Shown piece after piece: positions 1 to 10,025 of a stretch of DNA of 64,000 nt. The notes beneath the pieces are model-generated. The model was not told the origin of the DNA. It made no database searches and saw only the letters and a list, made by a program, of their open reading frames with translations. The DNA lies in IMG/VR virus record IMGVR_UViG_3300025769_000005, positions 2,085 to 66,084 of that record, one strand, 5' to 3'. The DNA comes from a virus. Taxonomy: Duplodnaviria; Caudoviricetes. The translations under genes were made by a program, and so were the position numbers. Position 1 is the stretch's first letter. Each line of letters starts with the position of its first letter.

Positions 1-3
1 ACA

Positions 4-492
4 ATGCGTTACAGAACTGGTACGGAGTATGTAGAGGTTGATGGGGTTGAATTAATAGTAAATGGGGATTTTGCCACTGATAGTAACTGGTCTAAAGGTG
101 CTAACACAACAATAAGTGGAGGAACTTTAAATTCAACATCTGCGGGTGTTTATATTATAGCTAGTCAAACCAATGTTGCTACACAGAATAAATATTATAA
201 ATGGGAAGCTACATACACTGTAACTTCAGGTGGGGTACGTTTAGGGTTTAGTAGCGGAGTATTTACTGGTTCTAGCCAAACATCTTCAGGAACATATACA
301 GGCGTCTTTCAAGCGCCTTCAGGTATTAATGGGCAGATTTACATAACCTCACCTAGCAGTGATTTTGTAGGTTCAATAGATAACATATCAGTAATTGAAG
401 TAGTACCAGAAGACGCAAGCTACGCAGACATGTGTATGCAAACAGGTGCATCAACATACGAATGGGTTAACATAGTAAGAAACACATATTAA
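4..492 (+). CDS. C-terminal part of a tail fibre/structural protein, probably truncated by the window edge
   Basis: ELIVNGDFATDSNW carbohydrate-binding-like segment; directly upstream of a tail fibre gene; frame is open at position 1. Confidence 0.55.
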   Translation: MRYRTGTEYVEVDGVELIVNGDFATDSNWSKGANTTISGGTLNSTSAGVYIIASQTNVATQNKYYKWEATYTVTSGGVRLGFSSGVFTGSSQTSSGTYTGVFQAPSGINGQIYITSPSSDFVGSIDNISVIEVVPEDASYADMCMQTGASTYEWVNIVRNTY

Positions 493-3489
493 ATGGGTAC
501 AGGAAAAACATATTCAACAAAATATTTACTAGATAGTAATAATAACTCTGGCGTTGCAGGCCAAGTTCTTTCAACAACCTCAACAGGTATAGACTGGGTT
601 GACGCTAATACAGTGCCAGGAACAGGTCTTTGGCTAGCTAATGGTAACGATATATACAATAGTAATTCTGGCAACGTCGGGATTGGGACAACTTCACCTT
701 TAGGTAAGCTACACGTATATAATACAGCTACTACTTCTAATGGTAATGGCACTGCTTCTGAAACAGCAATTGGACAAGATAGTATTACACTATATGGACA
801 CGGTGGTACTAACGGTCAAACTTACGGTAGTATAACTTGGATGGGTGGTTCTAGAAGACGTGCTATGATTAGTGCAGTTGCTGAAAATGCAGATACTGAC
901 TATATAGGCTTAGCGTTTTACACTCAAGGAACAGATGGGTCTGGAAATTACAACGAGTCGATGCGTATATCTAGAAGTGGCAACGTCGGGATCGGGACAA
1001 CTAGTCCTGGGGCAAAACTTGAAGTTGGAGCAAATGTGGCAAAAGGAGTTTTAATAAATAGAACTTTTACTACAAGTAGTCAAACGCTAGCTAACGTAAG
1101 AGCGTATTATGGTTTAGCAATAACACCGCTAAGAACCGGAACAGGCGGATTATATTTTACAAATTACGATGCTGATACACCTATTATACAATCTGTTAAT
1201 ACAAGTGATGTAGCACAGTTCTTATTGTTAAATCCTTTTGGCGGCAACGTCGGGATTGGGACGACTAGTCCTGATGGTAACTTAGAAGTTATTACAAGCA
1301 CAATTGTTAGTGGAGCGTCAGATACCGTAAACAATGTTCTTATAGGTTTACAAGCGGCAAACAGACCTACTATTATATTAGATACGGCAGATACTACATA
1401 TACAAATAGAACTTGGAATATAACAAACGTTGGTTCTGCAGGTAAATTATTTATTGGCAGAAATGGACTTGATGTTATGGTAATGGACAATAGCGGCAAC
1501 GTCGGGATCGGGACGAGTTCGCCTCAAACGTATTTACAAATAGGAGATTATCCTAGTAATAATATAGACATAACTACATATCCAGATGTTCCAAGTGAAC
1601 ATATGATTCATTTAACTGCTCCTGAAACAACCAACAGATACGGAGGGGGTATAAGTTTTGGAGAAAATGCTTTTACTGCTGCAAACATTACCGTGCAAGA
1701 TGCGGGCGGTGGCGGTTCACTGAATATGTTATTTGGTACAAGACATACTTCAGGAATAGTGCAAGAAAGAATGCGTATCACTTCCGCAGGCAACGTCGGG
1801 ATCGGGACGACTAGTCCTAATAGTAAGCTACAAATAAAAGTAGGTACTGATCAAAATATAGGTTTTAATTCACATTCAAGTGTAGCTAGAATATCTTCTT
1901 ATAATGACGCGTTTACAGCTTCATCTCCGTTAAAAATTAATGGTTCAGATTTAAGATTTGATATCTCTAGTGTTGAAAAAATGCGTATCACCTCTACAGG
2001 TAACGTCGGGATTGGAACGACTACTCCTAGCCAAAAACTTGAAGTAGCTGGTAGAATTAGAGTTACTACTGACCCAACACTTGAAGTATATGAAGCAGCT
2101 AATAAAAGAGGTGGTTTTCAATGGGATTCTACTAATGATTGGGTAAATATATTTTCTACAGGTGGTGATATAAGATTTGATCTTGGTGGTGAAAAAATGC
2201 GTATCACAACAGGCGGTAACGTCGGTATTGGGAGAACCAACCCAGCAGTTCCACTAGACGTTGAAGGTAAAATAAGAAGCAATGACAGCAGTAGCGGTGA
2301 TTACCTTGAAATATTCTGTGACGGAAGTGTTTCTGGTGATTCTTATATAGAAAACACTAATAATAACATACAAATAAAATCAGCATTTGCTACTAGTTTT
2401 TCTACATCAGGTAGTGTAGCTATGTTTATAAAAAATAATCAAAACGTCGGAATAGGAACGACTAGTCCTAACAGGCAATTAACTGTTTCTAAAGCAGATA
2501 CAGCAACAGGCTTTGGAAACCATACAGGCCCAGTTATAGCTATCACTCAAACAAATACGACCGTTAACAACCAAGCAAGTCTTATTTTTCAAAGCGTAAA
2601 CGGAGCGGTTGCTGAGATAACATCAAAAATAACTAACCATAGCTCTTATTATGGGGATTTGCTTTTTGGGACAAGAAGTGCAGGAGGCTATACTGCTAAA
2701 ATGACTATATTGAGCACAGGCAACGTTGGTATCGGGACTACTAGTCCAGGTGCTAAACTTGATGTTGCAGGTATTATATTTGCAGGTGATGGAAATAAAG
2801 CTACACCAGGTTATTCTTTTGCTAGTGACCCAGACACTGGTATGTTTAGAGATTCTGCCAATGTTTTAACCTTTGGAGTAGGCGCAGATAGAAGAATGTC
2901 AATATCAAACACTGTTATTACAACCGCTTTACCACTAGGTGTTAATACCACAGGAGTCACTTCTGGCATTAAGCTACAAGTTCAAGGAAATGTTTTATTT
3001 GGAAGTTCTGGTGTTGGTGATTTTTATTTAGGTAATTACGCAACAGCTAATCACTTTAGGTTCCACACTAACAATTCAAATACTTATTTTGATATGAATT
3101 GTGGTGATATATACTGGAGACAAGGAACTTCTACTAGATATCAGTTCTTCCCTTCAACTGCAAACATGACAGTTCAAGGTACTATAACTCAAAACTCTGA
3201 CGCAAGAATTAAGGAAAATGTAGTTGAAATAAGTGATTGTATTAGTAAGGTTCAAGCAATGAGAGGTGTTTATTATAATAGAACTGATTTTAATACAGAT
3301 GTTACTAAAGTTGGTGTTATAGCACAAGAAGTTGAAGCTGTGTTACCAGAGCTTGTATTAGAGTCACCTGAAACAGGATTAAAATCTGTAGCTTATTCAG
3401 AATTAACATCAGTACTTATAAACGCAATAAAAGAACAACAAGAAATAATAGAAGATTTAAAAACAAGAATAACTAAATTAGAAAACTAA
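493..3489 (+). CDS. Tail fibre with 9 GNVGIGT repeats and C-terminal intramolecular chaperone (peptidase S74-like)
   Basis: Repeated (E/K)RMRI..GNVGIGTTSP modules; C-terminal SDARIKENV...GVIAQEVE...coiled coil. Confidence 0.9.
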   Translation: MGTGKTYSTKYLLDSNNNSGVAGQVLSTTSTGIDWVDANTVPGTGLWLANGNDIYNSNSGNVGIGTTSPLGKLHVYNTATTSNGNGTASETAIGQDSITLYGHGGTNGQTYGSITWMGGSRRRAMISAVAENADTDYIGLAFYTQGTDGSGNYNESMRISRSGNVGIGTTSPGAKLEVGANVAKGVLINRTFTTSSQTLANVRAYYGLAITPLRTGTGGLYFTNYDADTPIIQSVNTSDVAQFLLLNPFGGNVGIGTTSPDGNLEVITSTIVSGASDTVNNVLIGLQAANRPTIILDTADTTYTNRTWNITNVGSAGKLFIGRNGLDVMVMDNSGNVGIGTSSPQTYLQIGDYPSNNIDITTYPDVPSEHMIHLTAPETTNRYGGGISFGENAFTAANITVQDAGGGGSLNMLFGTRHTSGIVQERMRITSAGNVGIGTTSPNSKLQIKVGTDQNIGFNSHSSVARISSYNDAFTASSPLKINGSDLRFDISSVEKMRITSTGNVGIGTTTPSQKLEVAGRIRVTTDPTLEVYEAANKRGGFQWDSTNDWVNIFSTGGDIRFDLGGEKMRITTGGNVGIGRTNPAVPLDVEGKIRSNDSSSGDYLEIFCDGSVSGDSYIENTNNNIQIKSAFATSFSTSGSVAMFIKNNQNVGIGTTSPNRQLTVSKADTATGFGNHTGPVIAITQTNTTVNNQASLIFQSVNGAVAEITSKITNHSSYYGDLLFGTRSAGGYTAKMTILSTGNVGIGTTSPGAKLDVAGIIFAGDGNKATPGYSFASDPDTGMFRDSANVLTFGVGADRRMSISNTVITTALPLGVNTTGVTSGIKLQVQGNVLFGSSGVGDFYLGNYATANHFRFHTNNSNTYFDMNCGDIYWRQGTSTRYQFFPSTANMTVQGTITQNSDARIKENVVEISDCISKVQAMRGVYYNRTDFNTDVTKVGVIAQEVEAVLPELVLESPETGLKSVAYSELTSVLINAIKEQQEIIEDLKTRITKLEN

Positions 3490-3507
3490 TAATTAAACAA
3501 AAACAAA

Positions 3508-3888
3508 ATGGCAATTACTTACAAATGGGACATCCCACAAATGAACGCTCACATTCAGGCAGAGGGTGAAGACAATGTAATATACACGGTACATTACAGA
3601 TACACTGGCTCTGAAGAATCTGGAGGAAAAACTTATTCATCAACTAATATCGGAACACAAAGTTACACGTACGTATCTGGAGATCCTTTTGTACCTTACG
3701 CAGATACAGAGGCTTTTGAAAACGTAGTTATTGGGTGGTTAGAAGATTCTTTAGATGTACCTGCAATGCAAGCTAGCATAGCTGCAACTATTCAATCTGA
3801 GATTACACCAGTAAACGAAGACTTATATTTTACATGGCAAAATCCAACTCCACCGGTACCACCAGTAGAAGAGGAAGAAGAAGAATAG
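3508..3888 (+). CDS. Tail-fibre-associated small acidic protein
   Basis: Follows the fibre gene; ends in a Pro/Glu-rich tail. Confidence 0.55.
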   Translation: MAITYKWDIPQMNAHIQAEGEDNVIYTVHYRYTGSEESGGKTYSSTNIGTQSYTYVSGDPFVPYADTEAFENVVIGWLEDSLDVPAMQASIAATIQSEITPVNEDLYFTWQNPTPPVPPVEEEEEE

Positions 3889-3917
3889 GTAAATTTCACT
3901 TAAAACAAGTGATAATA
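3889..3917 (+). promoter_or_regulatory. Class II promoter-like motif GTAA-N16-GT(A/G)A
   Basis: gtaaatttcacttaaaacaagtgataata; same 20-nt offset between the GT boxes as at 25524, 58574 and 50787(-). Confidence 0.5.
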
Positions 3918-3926
3918 AAAACTAAG

Positions 3927-3962
3927 CATATATCTGATTTTTTGGTTCGCCTCAGATATATG
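3927..3962 (+). other. Perfect 11-bp inverted repeat (hairpin) in a 5' leader
   Basis: catatatctga-N14-tcagatatatg. Confidence 0.6.
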
Positions 3963-4001
3963 TAAACAACAGTGAACCTTAATCCATTAAATATATATAA
4001 A

Positions 4002-4478
4002 ATGGCAGACAAATTTTTAAACATGACTTTAAGCTCGGGTATTGTAACTCCGCTTAAAATTAGCGATGTAGCAACAATCGTAGCAGGAGCAGACGCAGGA
4101 TCTGGCGCTACACTACAAGTAAAATTCGTAATTACTTACGGAAACGGTGGAACAGCAACTATCTTATCTCAAGCAAGAGGTGGAGCAGATGCAGTATTTA
4201 TCCCTTCTACAGCAGCTCAAAAAACAGCATTTATCAGAGGTCTTTGGGAACAAGTAATCGAAGGTGTAGCAACTCCTTGGAATCAACCAGTTTTACCAGG
4301 AGCATCTGACTCATGGGACATGACAACTTCACCAGCTGCGCCTCAAGGAAGTGAATACCGTAAGCAAAATGCTAATCCTGCTGGATCTGCAACATTTGCT
4401 GCTAAGCAATCAACTGCGTTATTAGGAACAGGATCAGCAACAGTACAAGCTGTATCTCCGTTCTTATCAATTGCGTAA
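4002..4478 (+). CDS. Hypothetical Ala/Gly/Thr-rich protein, probably structural
   Basis: ORF; ATG at 4002 with A-rich leader preferred to GTG at 3972. Confidence 0.6.
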   Translation: MADKFLNMTLSSGIVTPLKISDVATIVAGADAGSGATLQVKFVITYGNGGTATILSQARGGADAVFIPSTAAQKTAFIRGLWEQVIEGVATPWNQPVLPGASDSWDMTTSPAAPQGSEYRKQNANPAGSATFAAKQSTALLGTGSATVQAVSPFLSIA

Positions 4479-4512
4479 TACCTTATTTTATTAACCAATA
4501 AATTTTAAACCA

Positions 4513-4803
4513 ATGACCTTTTATTACCAGACTAGTTCGTGGAATAGTCAACCACAACCCAATGAAGAAACTATTAATTTTTGGAAACATCTTTCAGAGA
4601 AAAAACACTGGAGAATAGTACAATTACCAAATGGCTTTTTTCAAACCGAGTACCAACAACCTGTAAAGGAAGATACTTGGATCGACGTAACCCGAAGAGA
4701 AACACTTGAAGCAGCAGAAACAGCTATTGATTCGTCAGTAGACCATTATGCTAAGAAAGTAGATTTCTTGAAAGGACCAAAAGTCGTAAAAACCTTTAAA
4801 TAA
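4513..4803 (+). CDS. Hypothetical protein upstream of groEL
   Basis: 96-aa ORF in operon context. Confidence 0.6.
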   Translation: MTFYYQTSSWNSQPQPNEETINFWKHLSEKKHWRIVQLPNGFFQTEYQQPVKEDTWIDVTRRETLEAAETAIDSSVDHYAKKVDFLKGPKVVKTFK

Positions 4804-4830
4804 ATAAATCAAATTTAATCTAATCTAATT

Positions 4831-6384
4831 ATGTCAGACAAACTTGTCAAGAATCTTAACTTCGGTAGCGATGCCAAAGATAAGATATTTAAAGGGATAG
4901 ATAAACTCACAAAAGCTGTTAGCTCCACATTAGGAGCTAGCGGCAAATGTGTTATCCTTGAAGATGAATCCGGTAAACCAATTATTACAAAAGATGGTGT
5001 TACCGTTGCTAATTCAATAGTATTATTCGATGCTGTTGAAAACATGGGAGCAACATTACTAAAAGAAGCTGCTAGAAAAACTGTAGAAGAAGCCGGTGAT
5101 GGTACAACTACAGCAACAGTATTAGCTCAGTCAATACTAACTAAAGCAAGCTCTAAAGATATTAATTCAAGAGAATTAAAATTAGGTATTAACGCAGCTG
5201 TTAAAAAAGTTGTAAAATATCTTGAAGATAATTCCATCGAAGTTACAGGCGATATGATCGACCAAGTAGCCACAATCTCCTCAAATAACGATACTGAATT
5301 AGGTAAACTAATCGGTGGAGCTTTCAAAAGTGTAGCAAACACGGGAGTTGTGATGATGGAAGAATCTAATGATATAACTTCATCTGTTGAAGTAGTTGAT
5401 GGTATGCAATATCATAAGCCAGTTAAAAGCATGCACTTTGTGACTGACCAAGCTAAGAAAACATGTGAATTAAATAATCCATTAGTTTTAATCGTTGAAT
5501 CACAAATTGATAGTATAAGAAAAATACAAGGTGTGTTAGAATATGCTATAAAAAATAATGAATCACTTTTGATTATTGCAGATGTTGATCCTCAAGTTTT
5601 AGCTGCATTAGCTATGAATAAGATGAAAGGCAATATTAAAGTGTGTATAGTAGATGGACCAACATATGGTTTTACTAAAAAAGAAAAACTAAACGATCTA
5701 GCTATGATGACTGGAGCAACAGTTATTAATGAAGATTTAGGAGATGATATGGATTTAATTGAAGTTCAACATTTAGGTAGAGCTAAAAAATCTATAAGTG
5801 GACAACAGGATACTATTATTCAAATAGAGGAAACTCCTGATGAAGCAAAAGATCTAGTTGAACAAGTTAAGAAAAGATTAGCTACAGAAAAAGTTCCTGG
5901 ATTTATAGTAGCGCTAGAAAGAAGATTAGCGCTGTTAGCAGCTAAAGTTGCTATAGTAAAAGTTGGTGCTAATTCTGAAATTGAATTAAAAGAAAAAAGT
6001 GATAGAGTCGAAGACGCTATCTGTGCTACAAAAGCCGCAATCAAAGAAGGTATTGTATCTGGTGGAGGAATTGCTCTGCTAAATGCATCTTCATCTATCA
6101 AAGCTGAGTCAGAAGCTGAACAAACACTTCTAGACGCTATTAAAGCTCCTTTTAAGACAATATTAGATAACGCTGGTATATTAGACTACAAAGCGCCTAA
6201 AGTTCAAGGAGAAGGATTAGATGTGGTTACGGGAAATATGGTAAATATGATTGATAATGGTATCATCGATCCATTGTTAGTTACAAAAAGCGCTCTTTTA
6301 AACGCGGCTTCAGTAGCAACTACTATTTTATCAACTGATTGTATAATTAACAATATAAGAATACATGAGGGCGATAGGAAATAA
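4831..6384 (+). CDS. groEL: Chaperonin GroEL (Cpn60)
   Basis: ITKDGVTVA, AGDGTTTATVLAQ, GGGIALL, GIIDP motifs; no GGM tail. Confidence 0.97.
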   Translation: MSDKLVKNLNFGSDAKDKIFKGIDKLTKAVSSTLGASGKCVILEDESGKPIITKDGVTVANSIVLFDAVENMGATLLKEAARKTVEEAGDGTTTATVLAQSILTKASSKDINSRELKLGINAAVKKVVKYLEDNSIEVTGDMIDQVATISSNNDTELGKLIGGAFKSVANTGVVMMEESNDITSSVEVVDGMQYHKPVKSMHFVTDQAKKTCELNNPLVLIVESQIDSIRKIQGVLEYAIKNNESLLIIADVDPQVLAALAMNKMKGNIKVCIVDGPTYGFTKKEKLNDLAMMTGATVINEDLGDDMDLIEVQHLGRAKKSISGQQDTIIQIEETPDEAKDLVEQVKKRLATEKVPGFIVALERRLALLAAKVAIVKVGANSEIELKEKSDRVEDAICATKAAIKEGIVSGGGIALLNASSSIKAESEAEQTLLDAIKAPFKTILDNAGILDYKAPKVQGEGLDVVTGNMVNMIDNGIIDPLLVTKSALLNAASVATTILSTDCIINNIRIHEGDRK

Positions 6385-6625
6385 TTTAATAATAAAAAAG
6401 ATAGAAGAGTCAAACCAGTCTACAAAGGGTGGTTTACTTCTTACAGAAAAACAAAGAGAAGATGTTAGATTCCAAAAAGCTGAAGTTATTAAAGTAGGTG
6501 ACGGAGTTAACGCAGTAAAAAATAAAGATATAATTTATTTTGATAAAGCATCATCACATAGAATAGAAATAAATAAAGAACCTTATCACGTTATTCGACA
6601 AGAAAACGTTGTCGTTGTTTTATGA
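6365..6625 (+). CDS. groES: Co-chaperonin GroES (Cpn10)
   Basis: TKGGLLL mobile loop, AEVIKVGDG; overlaps the groEL stop. Confidence 0.9.
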   Translation: MRAIGNNLIIKKIEESNQSTKGGLLLTEKQREDVRFQKAEVIKVGDGVNAVKNKDIIYFDKASSHRIEINKEPYHVIRQENVVVVL

Positions 6626-7068
6626 AAAAGCTAACAGCAAGAGATTTAAAAGATCTTAGTTTGCTTAAACATTATCGTATAATACGTAAATGGGCTTGTA
6701 AAAACAACGGCTTAAATGACGCAGATCTTGAGCTACTAATTTATTTTGATTGTATGGATCTTTTTACTAAGCATGATTTTGAAATAGGTACATATTCTTA
6801 TAGTTGGGATAACAGGCGCTGGAACAGATTACTTAAAGAAGAGTGGATTGTAGTGTGGAGACGCAGAAACAGAACAACTCAAAAGTATAATATCTATAAA
6901 GTTTCATTCAAGTGCAAACAACTTATAAGTAGAATGTATCGAATCATGTTAGGTGAAGATGATATACCTTCTAGTGAAAGAAGAAATAAATTAATTAAAG
7001 GAGATAGCTACACAGACAAAGTACTGACAAGAGCTATTTATAATGTAAACAAAGATAAAGAAAGATGA
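6622..7068 (+). CDS. Basic hypothetical protein, possible winged-helix DNA binder
   Basis: GLNDADLELLIYF...RLLKEEWIVV resembles MarR-type wHTH. Confidence 0.45.
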   Translation: MKKLTARDLKDLSLLKHYRIIRKWACKNNGLNDADLELLIYFDCMDLFTKHDFEIGTYSYSWDNRRWNRLLKEEWIVVWRRRNRTTQKYNIYKVSFKCKQLISRMYRIMLGEDDIPSSERRNKLIKGDSYTDKVLTRAIYNVNKDKER

Positions 7069-7445
7069 GTAATAGTCCAATAAACTTTTTAGGAGCTTTA
7101 GGCGCTGCTGGTGCTATAATGGGTTCTAGAAGATCTAAAAAATCTAGACGTAAAATAAAAGCTAGAGTTTCTAAGTTAGAAAACCAAGTGCAAGCTATGC
7201 AAGCAAAAGAAAACGCAGGACCTACTCAAGTAGAACAACCTATAGAGATACAACCAGAACCTCAACTAGGTGTTGTTCCTCAAGCATTTGATGGATCAAC
7301 AGAAGAAGAGCCAGAACTATTAAGTAACACACCAACAATAGCTTCACCTTTTACGCCAGGAGCACAGAAAGCAGCTGGCGGAATGTTTGGAGCACCTATG
7401 CCAGGATCTTTTGATAGAAGCATGGGAGAAGAAGAAATATATTAA
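7065..7445 (+). CDS. Hypothetical low-complexity protein
   Basis: ORF with hydrophobic/basic N-terminus and P/E-rich tail. Confidence 0.55.
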   Translation: MSNSPINFLGALGAAGAIMGSRRSKKSRRKIKARVSKLENQVQAMQAKENAGPTQVEQPIEIQPEPQLGVVPQAFDGSTEEEPELLSNTPTIASPFTPGAQKAAGGMFGAPMPGSFDRSMGEEEIY

Positions 7446-7456
7446 AAAAATAAACT

Positions 7457-7666
7457 ATGATTGAAGATAAATCACACACGCACGCGTCAAAGAAAAACTC
7501 AGTAGGTATAGTAGGTGAAACTCGTATATGGGACGGACCACTAGATCAAGCTGGAAGACCTCATGGTAAAGGATCAAGTAATGGTTCTAGAGGTATGAAA
7601 CTAAAACTAGCAGCAGTTCCTATGGAAGCATGTTGCCAACCAATAACTCAAGTAGCAAAAGGATAA
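7457..7666 (+). CDS. Small hypothetical protein
   Basis: ORF tightly packed in the operon. Confidence 0.55.
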   Translation: MIEDKSHTHASKKNSVGIVGETRIWDGPLDQAGRPHGKGSSNGSRGMKLKLAAVPMEACCQPITQVAKG

Positions 7667-7668
7667 TT

Positions 7669-8223
7669 ATGGCATATACACAAAAATACAAAGGACTTTC
7701 AAGAAAAGGTAAGGGTTTTTCAATATCTTTAAGTGAAGAAGACATTAAAAACGAAAAATCAGCATCACCAGAAAAAGCTAAAGAAATAAGCTATGAAGGT
7801 CAAGGTGGAAAAGACTATGAAAACTTACCGAAATATGCTATTAATCCAGAAGGTCAAGGAGGTAGAGATTATGAAGCAAAAGATTATAAGCCAAAGAAAA
7901 ATGGTATGTCTAGAAAAGAGACAGGAGGAAATGTAGTTGGAAATGTAATGTCTCAGGTTATAGGACAAAAAGCTGCATATTTTGGTCTTGGAGAAGATGA
8001 TGGAAAAGCAAGAAAAACTAAAAAAGCTGACAAGACAGCTAAGCAGATTATTAAAATGCAAAATAAAAGAAGCAGTGTAAAAAATGTGTATCTTGGTGAT
8101 CCTGACGATTTACAAGGAGAAATGGTAAGAACTGCAGACAAACCTGCGGGGAAAAGAGAAAAAAGAAAAGTAAAAAAATTAAAGAAAACAAAAGACCAAT
8201 TAGGTGTCTCTAGAAAAAAATAA
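7669..8223 (+). CDS. Lys-rich hypothetical protein with G(L/M/V)SRK motifs
   Basis: Likely start MAYTQK at 7669; internal EGQGGxDYE duplication; contains the 52-bp copy of 30578-30629. Confidence 0.6.
   Translation: MAYTQKYKGLSRKGKGFSISLSEEDIKNEKSASPEKAKEISYEGQGGKDYENLPKYAINPEGQGGRDYEAKDYKPKKNGMSRKETGGNVVGNVMSQVIGQKAAYFGLGEDDGKARKTKKADKTAKQIIKMQNKRSSVKNVYLGDPDDLQGEMVRTADKPAGKREKRKVKKLKKTKDQLGVSRKK
7921..7972 (+). repeat. Exact 52-bp direct repeat, copy 1
   Basis: acaggaggaaatgtagttggaaatgtaatgtctcaggttataggacaaaaag, identical to 30578-30629. Confidence 0.95.
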
Positions 8224-8226
8224 ATC

Positions 8227-8811
8227 ATGATAATAAATACAAGCTCATATACTAGCGCAATACCGGTAGCTCCTAGTGACACTATAAATATTCCGGGACC
8301 TAGCGTAAGAGTTAGTTCAGCTTCTACAGCTACAACGCCAGATGGTACTCCTAATCAATTAATTGATGCTAATGCTAATTTTATAACTACTTATAACGCT
8401 GATGGATCAATTCTTAACGAAGGTGTTTCAAGAGGTATGGTAGTTTATAACATGTTTGCTACAATTGCTTCTAGCACTAATTCACCTTTAGTAGCTACTA
8501 TAGTTGAAGTTGTAAACAATACTACATTATTACTTTCTGCAGATATATTTCCATTTGCTGGAGGTACAGCTGTATCAGCTTATAAAATATACGATGCAAA
8601 TGACATATCTTCTCCAGGAGCCCAAATATATGTTGGAACTGCAGGTAATTTATACGTAGAAACTATTAATGGAGATTTAGTATTTATTGAAGATGTACCA
8701 GTTGGTGAAGTATTACCAGTTGTTGTACAAAAAGTATTAGTTGGTGCTGCTGCTGCTGGTGGTCAACCAAACACGCGTACTACAGCAGGAAAATTAACAG
8801 CATTTATATAA
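8227..8811 (+). CDS. Putative virion structural protein
   Basis: Beta-rich T/V/A composition; AIPVAPSD and IYVGTAGNL motifs. Confidence 0.5.
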   Translation: MIINTSSYTSAIPVAPSDTINIPGPSVRVSSASTATTPDGTPNQLIDANANFITTYNADGSILNEGVSRGMVVYNMFATIASSTNSPLVATIVEVVNNTTLLLSADIFPFAGGTAVSAYKIYDANDISSPGAQIYVGTAGNLYVETINGDLVFIEDVPVGEVLPVVVQKVLVGAAAAGGQPNTRTTAGKLTAFI

Positions 8812-8829
8812 CATTTAAAAAAAACAATT

Positions 8830-9207
8830 ATGCACCCAATACACAAACACGGTAGCGGTATGAGATCTGCTGAAAGATACGACGCTAAAGAAGCTTATAA
8901 CAAAAAACTATCTAGCAAAGCTAGAATGCATTATTTAGAGAATGATATCGCAGATCATAAAGGATCTCCAGCAGAGCTTACAGCTGAAGGAAAAAAGAAA
9001 ATAATGGCTAGCGATGCTAATCCAGCTTTTAAAAAAGCAATAGCATCTTCACCAATAGACAACGTTTCTTATGGAGACAAATCTGGTAAAACAGGATATA
9101 TAGGTGGTATGTCTAGAGAATCAGCTAAACAAGAGAAAAAAGATCTTATGAAATACAACGCTGTAGATGATAAAGCAGGTATGTCAAGATATAAGTGTAA
9201 AAAATAA
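8830..9207 (+). CDS. Small basic protein with SP and GMSR motifs
   Basis: Two GMSR and two SP motifs. Confidence 0.55.
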   Translation: MHPIHKHGSGMRSAERYDAKEAYNKKLSSKARMHYLENDIADHKGSPAELTAEGKKKIMASDANPAFKKAIASSPIDNVSYGDKSGKTGYIGGMSRESAKQEKKDLMKYNAVDDKAGMSRYKCKK

Positions 9208-9210
9208 TAA

Positions 9211-9534
9211 ATGGCATTTAAACTTAAACCACCATTTGAGCTAAGCAGTTCTCCTATTTACGTAAGAGATCTAGAACACGGTGTTTTAGGTAAAGGCAAC
9301 AAAAACGGTACTATATTAGTAGCGCCTAACTTAAACGATAAGGCAGAAAAAAGTGTTATAGAACATGAAGAAATACATATAGACCAAATTAAGCGTGGTG
9401 ATTTAGATTATGATGATGACAACGTATATTGGAAAGGTAAAACTTACCCTCGCTCTAAAATGAAAGAGGGTAGTCCTAACCTGCCATGGGAAAAAGAAGC
9501 TTACAGTAAAACAGATCCTTACGAAGCATTATGA
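9211..9534 (+). CDS. Small HExxH zinc metallopeptidase-like protein
   Basis: VIEHEEIHIDQ and downstream PWEKEAY third-ligand motif. Confidence 0.7.
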   Translation: MAFKLKPPFELSSSPIYVRDLEHGVLGKGNKNGTILVAPNLNDKAEKSVIEHEEIHIDQIKRGDLDYDDDNVYWKGKTYPRSKMKEGSPNLPWEKEAYSKTDPYEAL

Positions 9535-9995
9535 GCAAAAAGAAATTTCATGAAACTAAAGTAGGTCAGTTTTTATCTAAAACTGCGCCAGGTATATTAG
9601 GCACTGTTGGTGAAGTATTACCAAACAATGGCGTGTTAGGTTTAGTAAAAAACTTAATACACAAAGACCCTGTGTTACCTGCAGAGGATAAAGAAAAAGC
9701 ATTAAAATTATTAGAACAAGATATGATTGAAATGCAAGAAGTATCAAAGCGCTGGGAAAGCGATATGAAAAGCGATTCATGGCTTAGTAAAAATACACGC
9801 CCTTTGTCTTTGATATTTTTATCTGTAATGACTATTGCTTTTATATGGGTTGATAGTCATGAAAGTATATCTTTTACAGTAGAGCAAGAGTGGATAAGTT
9901 TATTAAAAACTTTAACTACAACAGTTTACGTAGCGTACTTTGGTTCGCGAGGAGCGGAAAAATTTAAAACTATAAGTAATAATAATAATAAGTAA
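9531..9995 (+). CDS. Holin-like membrane protein (GTA 3TM holin-like)
   Basis: RWESDM.SDSWLSKNTRP, two hydrophobic helices, YFGSRG.EK. Confidence 0.7.
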   Translation: MSKKKFHETKVGQFLSKTAPGILGTVGEVLPNNGVLGLVKNLIHKDPVLPAEDKEKALKLLEQDMIEMQEVSKRWESDMKSDSWLSKNTRPLSLIFLSVMTIAFIWVDSHESISFTVEQEWISLLKTLTTTVYVAYFGSRGAEKFKTISNNNNK

Positions 9996-10025
9996 AACAA
10001 ATAATAACAATTTAAATTAAATCAA

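Noticed and set aside
493-3489. Diversity-generating retroelement or invertase shufflon acting on the fibres
   Set aside because: No reverse transcriptase or site-specific recombinase, no TR/VR pair with A-specific mismatches, and the repeats are all direct.
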